From the NCBI GenBank assembly GCA_964394925.1, contig CAYMZG010000001.1:195656-259655 (forward strand): a stretch of DNA of 64,000 nt. Reading direction: 5' to 3'. Positions within the stretch are counted from its first letter, which is position 1, and each line of letters opens with the position of its first letter. This DNA is from an uncultured Candidatus Saccharibacteria bacterium (GTDB taxonomy: Bacteria; Patescibacteriota; Saccharimonadia; Saccharimonadales; CAYLGV01). This document shows, one piece after another, positions 36,056 through 43,191 of this stretch. The translations under genes were made by a program, and so were the position numbers. Under the pieces are notes generated by a model that searched no databases, was not told the origin of the DNA, and saw only the letters and a program-made list of their open reading frames with translations.

Positions 36056-36625
36056 ATGCGAGAAATTGAAGTTAAGGCTCGGGTAAGAAACGCCGATGCA
36101 TTGCTGAAAGCCTGTGAACAACTCGGCATTACATTTGGTGAGGCTTTTGCCCAAGATGACACGGTGTATGAAACGACACTGCCGAAATCCGATCCGGCCT
36201 GGAATATTTTTCGCATCCGAAAGCAAGGCGATGCCATCATCCTCACCATGAAGTATGTCGCATCGAGTAGATCACGCGATAATCATGAACGTGAAACAAC
36301 AATTGACAATGCTGAGGAAATGGCCGATATGCTCGAACGTGTTGGCTATACCAAAGGTGTCAGAATCAATAAGCGACGTCGTGTAGCTCACTATCAAGAT
36401 CTAGAAATATGCTTCGATGAAGTGGATGACCTTGGTACCTTTATTGAGATTGAAAAGCTTGCCGAAGAAGAAGCCGATGTTGATGCTATCCAGGCAGAAC
36501 TATGGGGCATTCTGTTGAAGCTTGGCGTACACCCTGATGACCGCGTGCACAAGGGCTACGACACGCTCATGAAAGCGCAGCTTAAGGCAGAACAAGACAA
36601 ACTTAGCATCAAAAAGCGAGCCTGA
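36056..36625 (+). CDS. CYTH-domain protein (class IV adenylate cyclase/ThTPase-like), paralog 2
   Basis: Start at ATG 36056 (MREIEVKARV, an ExExK motif). The ORF-track start at 35891 overlaps the previous gene. Confidence 0.75.
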   Translation: MREIEVKARVRNADALLKACEQLGITFGEAFAQDDTVYETTLPKSDPAWNIFRIRKQGDAIILTMKYVASSRSRDNHERETTIDNAEEMADMLERVGYTKGVRINKRRRVAHYQDLEICFDEVDDLGTFIEIEKLAEEEADVDAIQAELWGILLKLGVHPDDRVHKGYDTLMKAQLKAEQDKLSIKKRA

Positions 36626-36631
36626 ATCCAC

Positions 36632-36988
36632 ATGAGCATTATTGATGATCTTTTGGTAAATACGCCCGAGCCGCAACGTAAGGCCTTGGAAAAAATTCGT
36701 CGGCGCGTACTTGCATTATGTCCCGATGCTAAAGAAGTACAGTCCTATGGAATGCCTGGCTTTAGTTATAGGGGCAAGTATTTATTAGCCTTTGCCAATT
36801 TCAAGGATCATATGAGCTTATTCCCTGGTGCTGAACCAATTGAAACATTCGCAAAAGATTTAACTGCCTACAAAACGTCGAAAGGTACTATTCAATTTAG
36901 CGTTGAGCAACCGCTCAACGATGAACTACTCGATGCAATTATTGCCAGTTGCATGAATCGTATTGATAACGCAGCTGGCAGTCGTTGA
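36632..36988 (+). CDS. DUF1801 (YdhG-like) domain protein
   Basis: 118 aa with PGFSYRGKYLLAFANFKDHMSLFP...KGTIQF pattern. Confidence 0.65.
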   Translation: MSIIDDLLVNTPEPQRKALEKIRRRVLALCPDAKEVQSYGMPGFSYRGKYLLAFANFKDHMSLFPGAEPIETFAKDLTAYKTSKGTIQFSVEQPLNDELLDAIIASCMNRIDNAAGSR

Positions 36989-37016
36989 CATAAGCAGTTA
37001 TACTCCTGGTAGTGTT

Positions 37017-38036
37017 ATGAAACAGGTAATCCGACGAGTTGGTTTATTAGTATCAATTGCTTTGTTGGCATTGTCATTCGGCAAAACGGCTTTGGCTGCC
37101 AGTTATGATGTTAGCGCTTCGGTGGCTTTCCCTGTGCCGACACAAGCAGCGGTTATTAATACTGCACTGAATAATGTTACGGTGCAAAATGCTGCTTTCC
37201 TACTTTCTGGAACCTGTCAGTCATTAACCCCGACAAGTGTGATTTCGGTGTGGCGAGGCGCAACGTCACTTGGCTCGCAAGTCTGCACAAGCAATAGTTT
37301 TAGCATTCAGATCAACCTTTCAGAAGGAGCGAATACACTAGTAGTACGCACTGCAAATGTGTCAAACGTATACGGCCCAGATAGTGCACCTATTACCGTG
37401 ACGCTTCGCACGCCAGTCGTAACCCCAACGCCACCCACACAGACACCACCCGCCGCCACCACACCTGGCGCTGCTAACCTAACGTCTAGTGATAATACTG
37501 CCTTCAATAATGCAGCAAAAAGCGGTCTCACGATTACACCGCCTGAGCCCTTCTCGGTATTACCGACCAACAACCAGGTACAGCTGAGCTTCTACATTGA
37601 TGGTGGCAGCACGCCGTATACGGTTGAATTAAACTGGGGTGATGGTACAACCGAAACAAAAGTGGTTGAAAAACCCGGGACCTACACGTTTACGCACCAG
37701 TATCGTAAAAGCGGAAACTATACCGTTAAGGGACGCATCAAGGATGTACTTGGTGCCGTCAGTGAGCTTAGTCATGCGGTGGTAGCGGTCAAGCCACTCG
37801 ATAAATCAGTCGGTGTGACGACCATACAGGCCAGCCCAACAAAGAACACGCCAATCACATGGCTAAGACAGCATGCCCTGGTAGTAACTGTAGGTAGTTT
37901 GGTCGTTGGTGTAGCTCTGGTGGCGTACTGGTTAGGTCAAAGTGCGGCTCTACATGGCGCAACGTCAGCTAATGCTAGTACTGGCAAAACGCGAGCACCA
38001 CGCAAAGCCAAAGCAAACCCAAAAGGTAAAAAATGA
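37017..38036 (+). CDS. secreted PKD-domain protein with C-terminal TM anchor and basic tail
   Basis: Start at ATG 37017 with signal peptide MKQVIRRVGLLVSIALLALSFGKTALA. PKD-like segment LNWGDGT...FTHQYRKSGNYTVKG, a C-terminal TM helix, and KAKANPKGKK. Confidence 0.75.
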   Translation: MKQVIRRVGLLVSIALLALSFGKTALAASYDVSASVAFPVPTQAAVINTALNNVTVQNAAFLLSGTCQSLTPTSVISVWRGATSLGSQVCTSNSFSIQINLSEGANTLVVRTANVSNVYGPDSAPITVTLRTPVVTPTPPTQTPPAATTPGAANLTSSDNTAFNNAAKSGLTITPPEPFSVLPTNNQVQLSFYIDGGSTPYTVELNWGDGTTETKVVEKPGTYTFTHQYRKSGNYTVKGRIKDVLGAVSELSHAVVAVKPLDKSVGVTTIQASPTKNTPITWLRQHALVVTVGSLVVGVALVAYWLGQSAALHGATSANASTGKTRAPRKAKANPKGKK

Positions 38037-38605
38037 AGAAGCGCTGGGTAGCCCTTACTATCATATTCATTATCGGCTTAGGTGTCTTTGGGGTTATGCA
38101 ATGGGCCAGTAAGCCAGCCAGCACTCAACGAAGCTCCGTTGGTGGACCATCGGATGCGGGTGTTCTGGGAAGTTCGAGTGAGCTCAAGCCGTTTAGTAGC
38201 CCCTACTTCAATACACAAGTCCCTGCCGACATGATTCTAAAAACCAGCAGCGAGAACCCACGAGCTGCCATTCGTGCGAGCTATTTATTTACGAATAGTA
38301 AGATGTCACCTGGAGACCAAGCAGCCATCACCGTGGGTACCATGGGCTTAAACCGCTTAACCGAGATTCCTGGCGTAAAACAGCGACTCAACGATAGCGC
38401 AAAATATGAAGCCATTACTATTCCGAATGCACCCGAAGGTGCAATGAGTTTTAAGAAAGTGAATAGCACCGAAGGCTATGAAACGGCTGTTTTTTGGCAA
38501 GAAAATGACTTGTCTGTGTCGTTAGTAGTCAGTGGCTCAACACTACGCCAAAGCGAGCTAGACCAAACGCTCCAGTCAATTCTTACAAACTGGTCATGGC
38601 GCTAA
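38033..38605 (+). CDS. N-terminally anchored membrane protein, unknown function
   Basis: ATGA overlap with the upstream gene. One TM helix (WVALTIIFIIGLGVFGVM) followed by a ~150-aa external domain. Confidence 0.6.
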   Translation: MKKRWVALTIIFIIGLGVFGVMQWASKPASTQRSSVGGPSDAGVLGSSSELKPFSSPYFNTQVPADMILKTSSENPRAAIRASYLFTNSKMSPGDQAAITVGTMGLNRLTEIPGVKQRLNDSAKYEAITIPNAPEGAMSFKKVNSTEGYETAVFWQENDLSVSLVVSGSTLRQSELDQTLQSILTNWSWR

Positions 38606-38643
38606 GCTAAGCGTTAGGATTACGTGGTACACTAAACGATAGT

Positions 38644-39687
38644 ATGCACAAAGTTCTTGGGACGGCACTAGTGTTGTTGTTCGCTGCTTCACCGAGCAGT
38701 ACCAATTACATTTTGCGTAATTACGACTGGGGGTCTGGTGGTACTGGCTCATCAAGTAGTAGCAACTATAAGCTGAATGGCGTGAGCGGCACGCAGACAG
38801 GAAACCTTCAGTCCTCGACCAACTATGCAATGCCAAGCGGCGAACAAAACGTACAGAATGCTGCAGTTCCCGCCTCACCTACCGTATCGAATCCTAGTAG
38901 CTACTATGACCGTCTGAAGGTTGTTTTAAACGTTGGCACTGCCCCGTCTGATACCAAATATCTGATCGCTGTTAGTAGCGATAACTTCGTAACAACCTAC
39001 TATGTGCAAACCGACAACAGCATTGGAACTGGCGTGAGTCTCACAAATTATCAAACCTACACCGCTTGGGGCGGAGCGAGTGGCTTTACCATGCTCGGTC
39101 TTTTGCCATCTACCACCTATCAAGTCAAGGTGAAAGCCCTACAAGGACAATTCACGGGAAGCGCCTACGGGCCCACTGGCTCAGCTGCAACCGTTGCGCC
39201 CAGTTTATCACTGTCTCTAACCACTACACTTACGTCCACACCCCCTTTCTCGGTGAACTTTGCTAGCCTTACAGCCGGGTCGGTCGTAAATGGTGGCGCC
39301 GACGCCCTCCTAGACATTACTAGTAATGCTGTTAATGGTGGTAGTATTTATGTCCAGAGTGTCAATGCCGGCCTATCAAGTAGTTCAACGGGTACAACCA
39401 TATCTTCTGCTTCTGGTGACCTATCAAGTGCAGCAAGTGGTTACGGCGCACAAGTAACGAGTACTTCGCAAGCAGCTGGGGGACCCCTAACAAGCCAGAA
39501 TCCTTACAACGGCGCTGGCAATAACGTTGGTGCATTAGCCAATACCCTGCAAACACTATTAAGCACTTCAGGCCCCGTTACCACCGGAAGTGCTACTGTT
39601 CGCCTCATGGCCAAGGCTGATGCTATTACACCAAGCGCGACCGACTACAGCGATACACTGACCTTCGTAGCTGCAATGAACTACTGA
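38644..39687 (+). CDS. secreted protein: SxNY repeats, an FN3-like domain, and a C-terminal WxL-like beta domain ending DYSDTLTFVAAMNY
   Basis: Signal peptide and three S(S/T)NY motifs. FN3-like segment (LLPSTTYQVKVKAL). The C-terminal ~165 aa are alignable with those of the next gene. Confidence 0.7.
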   Translation: MHKVLGTALVLLFAASPSSTNYILRNYDWGSGGTGSSSSSNYKLNGVSGTQTGNLQSSTNYAMPSGEQNVQNAAVPASPTVSNPSSYYDRLKVVLNVGTAPSDTKYLIAVSSDNFVTTYYVQTDNSIGTGVSLTNYQTYTAWGGASGFTMLGLLPSTTYQVKVKALQGQFTGSAYGPTGSAATVAPSLSLSLTTTLTSTPPFSVNFASLTAGSVVNGGADALLDITSNAVNGGSIYVQSVNAGLSSSSTGTTISSASGDLSSAASGYGAQVTSTSQAAGGPLTSQNPYNGAGNNVGALANTLQTLLSTSGPVTTGSATVRLMAKADAITPSATDYSDTLTFVAAMNY

Positions 39688-39712
39688 TTAATTTATTGAT
39701 CCAGATAGAAAA

Positions 39713-39735
39713 TTAATGTGAAAATTTCACATTAA
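39713..39735. promoter_or_regulatory. 23-bp perfect palindrome TTAATGTGAAA-A-TTTCACATTAA (contains TGTGA/TCACA half-sites)
   Basis: 11-bp arms with 1 central nt. It lies 26 nt after the 38644 gene stop and about 120 nt before ATG 39857. Confidence 0.5.
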
Positions 39736-39856
39736 CACCTTACGCAACTTGAGAACTATTTAAGTTAAAGCATGAGCATTGCTTTTATGCTAATACTGAT
39801 GCATACTTGTAACCATTAGTATTAACCTGTAATAAATACAAGGGTAACGAGGGAAT

Positions 39857-40900
39857 ATGCAAAAAACTCATGAACTGCGTGTGTCACCGTTGGTGCTCGC
39901 AATAATCTTTGGTGTGTCTATATTTGCAGCTCTGACTGCAGCCTTAAACCATGCCTCCGCCGCTTCATTAACACAAACATTTGTTCGATTTGACCGCATG
40001 AAAATAAGTACTGCAACAACTGGTACCGTTTGTGCCAAAGCTGCAACTACAGCCACAGAGGCGAGTGTCCAAGTTACGTTTCCAACAGGTTACACAGTGA
40101 GTACTACTTTAGCTAACTGGACCGTTAACACCACTAACCTTGCATGGCCTGCAGGTGCATCAGCATGGCCGGGTATTGGTACTGCGACGGCAGCCGCCGG
40201 TCAAGTAGTAACCTTCCCAAGCACCGACCTTACAGTAGGTACACTTTACTGCTTTAACTGGACAAATACCGCTGCATTAAGCATTAAGGGCACGGCAACC
40301 GCCTCAAACAGTGGCACCATTACTACTCGTGACAGTGTTCCTACAGCCATTGACACTGCCAACTTCTCAACCGCAAGCATTACTGACGATCAAATTGCCG
40401 TCAGCGCAACTGTTCCGCAAAGCTTTAGTTTCGCTCTTAGCGGTAACACAGATGCACTCGGCACACTGGCAACTGGTTCAGTAACGGTAAGCCCTACACC
40501 ACGTACCGCAACCGTTAACACAAACGCAAAGAACGGCTGGTACGTATGGGCGCAAGACAGCAGCACGGGGCTTAACTCACCATCCGCTGCAGCTACTATT
40601 GCCTCAACAACACCTGGCTCCAACAGCACATTGGTTGCTGGTACTGAAGGCTACAACACTGGTGTAACCCAATCACAAACCAGTGGTTCTGGTACGATTA
40701 CCGTTGCCACACCATTCGTTGGTGGTGCTACCGGTAAAGGTGGTGGCCTCGACACAACACTACGTACACTAGCAAGCTCAAATGGTACTGCTAATAACGC
40801 TGTACTGACACTAACAAACAATGCTGCAATCAGCTCCACAACGGCTGCTGCTTCAGACTACGCTGATACTATCACCGTGGTTGGCGCTGGCTTGTTCTAA
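39857..40900 (+). CDS. secreted T/A/S-rich surface protein with C-terminal WxL-like beta domain ending DYADTITVVGAGLF
   Basis: N-terminal TM/signal with a cleavage-like site ALNHASA. GAGGGA SD and a 170-nt AT-rich upstream region. The C-terminal domain is paralogous to that of the 38644 protein. Confidence 0.7.
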   Translation: MQKTHELRVSPLVLAIIFGVSIFAALTAALNHASAASLTQTFVRFDRMKISTATTGTVCAKAATTATEASVQVTFPTGYTVSTTLANWTVNTTNLAWPAGASAWPGIGTATAAAGQVVTFPSTDLTVGTLYCFNWTNTAALSIKGTATASNSGTITTRDSVPTAIDTANFSTASITDDQIAVSATVPQSFSFALSGNTDALGTLATGSVTVSPTPRTATVNTNAKNGWYVWAQDSSTGLNSPSAAATIASTTPGSNSTLVAGTEGYNTGVTQSQTSGSGTITVATPFVGGATGKGGGLDTTLRTLASSNGTANNAVLTLTNNAAISSTTAAASDYADTITVVGAGLF

Positions 40901-40957
40901 AGCTATACTAGACACGTAACCGCTTGAACTAATCAAGTGGACAGATTTAGGAAACAC

Positions 40958-42046
40958 ATGAGACATCTGCATATGCTAGGGGTGGTGAAACGACGATTGC
41001 TAACTATCCCCGTGGCAGCAGGTGTCTTTTTGATGCTATTGGCACCGATTGCACATGCCCAAACTCCCGAGGAAGGCTTCTCGCTACAAGTTACACCTTC
41101 ACCACTAGTTGCAACCGTAAAGCCTGGCACCATGACTACGCTTGACATGAGCATTCGTAATACGAATACAACACCACAAAAACTCAAGATGGGCCTAAAA
41201 ACTTTCTCAGTCAATGAATCCACCGGGGAGGTTTCACTGGGTACGACTGAGCCATCTGACACCAAAAACTTTGTTACCTTCTCTAGTCAAACCTTTTCGG
41301 TTGAAGCAGGAGCAATCTTTAACCAGAAGATATATGTGAACACGCCTGCGAATGCTGGCTTCACCTACAGCTTTGCAATAACCATCTCTCGAGACGAAAC
41401 GCCTCAACCGCAATCAACAACAGGTGCCAAGATAAAAGGTACGGTAGCAGTGTTTACGTTACTTACTGTTGATCGACCGGGCAGTCAACGAAAGTTTGAA
41501 CTAAGTGATTTCAGTGTTGGCAGAAAAGTATATGAGTTCTTGCCTGCCACGTTTAGCATCAAGCTTAAGAACACCGGTAACACACTCGTGCAGCCTAAGG
41601 GCAACCTCTATATACAGCGTGGCAGTAACGATCCAAACCCCATTGCAGTCATGCCTCTCAATAAAACAGATGGCTATATTTTGCCTGCTACAAGTCGCAC
41701 CTTTAACGCTGCGTGGCAAGATGGATTCCCTCATTTTGAAACCTTACCAAACAGCGACAAAAAACATCTTGTATGGGATTGGGGTAAGCTTTCACAGCTT
41801 CGCTTTGGTAAATACACCGCTAAAGTTGTCGCCGTTTACGATGATGGCCAGCGCGATGTTCCCGTAACTTCAGAGGTAAGCTTTTGGATTATTCCGTGGC
41901 GTATTCTAGCTGGTCTTCTACTGGTTGTATCATTACTGCTCGTGGGGATCTTCACCATTGTGCGCAAGACGACTCACTTAGCAAAAAATGTGCGCAATAA
42001 GCAATCTAAGGCTAAGACAGCTGATGAAGTTGAGACTGACGACTAG
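40958..42046 (+). CDS. DUF916/DUF3324-like surface protein (signal peptide, two Ig-like halves, C-terminal TM anchor), paralog 1
   Basis: AGGAAA SD before ATG 40958 and signal peptide ending AHAQ. FSLQVTPSPLVATVKPG...LDMSIRNTN...GKYTAKVVAVYDDG...VSFWIIPW, then a TM helix and a basic/acidic tail. Confidence 0.65.
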   Translation: MRHLHMLGVVKRRLLTIPVAAGVFLMLLAPIAHAQTPEEGFSLQVTPSPLVATVKPGTMTTLDMSIRNTNTTPQKLKMGLKTFSVNESTGEVSLGTTEPSDTKNFVTFSSQTFSVEAGAIFNQKIYVNTPANAGFTYSFAITISRDETPQPQSTTGAKIKGTVAVFTLLTVDRPGSQRKFELSDFSVGRKVYEFLPATFSIKLKNTGNTLVQPKGNLYIQRGSNDPNPIAVMPLNKTDGYILPATSRTFNAAWQDGFPHFETLPNSDKKHLVWDWGKLSQLRFGKYTAKVVAVYDDGQRDVPVTSEVSFWIIPWRILAGLLLVVSLLLVGIFTIVRKTTHLAKNVRNKQSKAKTADEVETDD

Positions 42047-43139
42047 CTTTCGACGGATAAGATATGTTGTTTGCGGTCTGTTGGCTGTAGCGTTATTTGC
42101 ACTTCTCCCTGTTGCTCATGGGCTGGCTGCCACTACAGCAAAAGGCGGCATCACTGTCAGCCCTGCAATTGTTAATCTGGCTTTACCATCTGGGCAACAA
42201 GAAGCATCCTCAACCATCACGCTCGCGAACACCTATGACAAAACCGTTCGACTGTCTGCTGATTGGCAGTCAATTGATGAGGCAACAGGTCGTTTAATTC
42301 CTTCTGGCCCGCTCAATCCAGCACTCGCTAACTCATTACGCATTTCTGAAACAGACATTTCTATTTCGCCCCAAACAAGTAAGCAGATACGCGTGGTCGT
42401 TCAAAATAATCCAAATTTAGCGCCCGGTGGACACTATGCAATCCTAGTCTTTACCGTACTATCTAGCGGTAAGGAAAAACTCGGTCTACAAAGTGCCTTA
42501 AGTGTTACTGTTTTTGTTATAAAGCGCGATGGTGCTAAAACGAGTATCAGCCTAAATGACATATTAGCAGTTCATAACCTTTTTACCCTACCATCTAAAG
42601 CACGCCTGACCATAACGAACACGGGCAATGTACATGTGGTGCCACGAGCTGCTATTACCATTGAACGAAAGCATGATGTTATAGCCAAAGCTATCGTAAA
42701 CCAGGCTTCCTCACCCTTGTTGCCAGGTAAAAAAGCCACGTATGACGTACGTTTCACGCAATATAAACGGATCTATTGGGCATCACGCTTACAACTTCGC
42801 ACCGTCTACCGGGTTGATCAGTCTGGTGAAATTCAAGAACGAACCTCACATTTTTGGTACATTCCACCATTCTGGCCCATCCTCATACTTAGTATCGGTG
42901 GCATAATGTATCTAGTTGCTCGGAAGAGCTCGGCAATTATCAAGAAACTTCGTGGTCGCATAAAGCACAGGAGCAATAAATCGGAGGTAGAAACCACCCA
43001 GATAATTAATAAAGATAATACATCGGTAGCAGGACTATCTAAAATAGCCGTTTCATCAGTAGAGATAAGCCCGTCGCATATCGTACCGGTTGAGCATGCT
43101 ACAGTGAGCAATAAAAAAGCCAAGAAATCAAAGAAATAA
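42024..43139 (+). CDS. DUF916/DUF3324-like surface protein, paralog 2
   Basis: Start at ATG 42024 (MKLRLTTSFRRIRYVV...AHGLAA), overlapping the upstream gene by 23 nt. GITVSPAIVNLALPSGQQEASSTITLANT, then C-terminal WYIPPFWPILILSIGGIMYLV and a basic tail. Confidence 0.65.
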   Translation: MKLRLTTSFRRIRYVVCGLLAVALFALLPVAHGLAATTAKGGITVSPAIVNLALPSGQQEASSTITLANTYDKTVRLSADWQSIDEATGRLIPSGPLNPALANSLRISETDISISPQTSKQIRVVVQNNPNLAPGGHYAILVFTVLSSGKEKLGLQSALSVTVFVIKRDGAKTSISLNDILAVHNLFTLPSKARLTITNTGNVHVVPRAAITIERKHDVIAKAIVNQASSPLLPGKKATYDVRFTQYKRIYWASRLQLRTVYRVDQSGEIQERTSHFWYIPPFWPILILSIGGIMYLVARKSSAIIKKLRGRIKHRSNKSEVETTQIINKDNTSVAGLSKIAVSSVEISPSHIVPVEHATVSNKKAKKSKK

Positions 43140-43191
43140 CTCCTATAATAATCTTGAGTGGATTGTGCTTAAGCAGTATAATTTATTCAGT

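Noticed and set aside
36975-36995. Sigma-54-type promoter (TGGCAG...TTGAC) upstream of the surface locus
   Set aside because: The GG and GC dinucleotides are not at the required -24/-12 spacing, and no sigma-54-dependent activator is evident.
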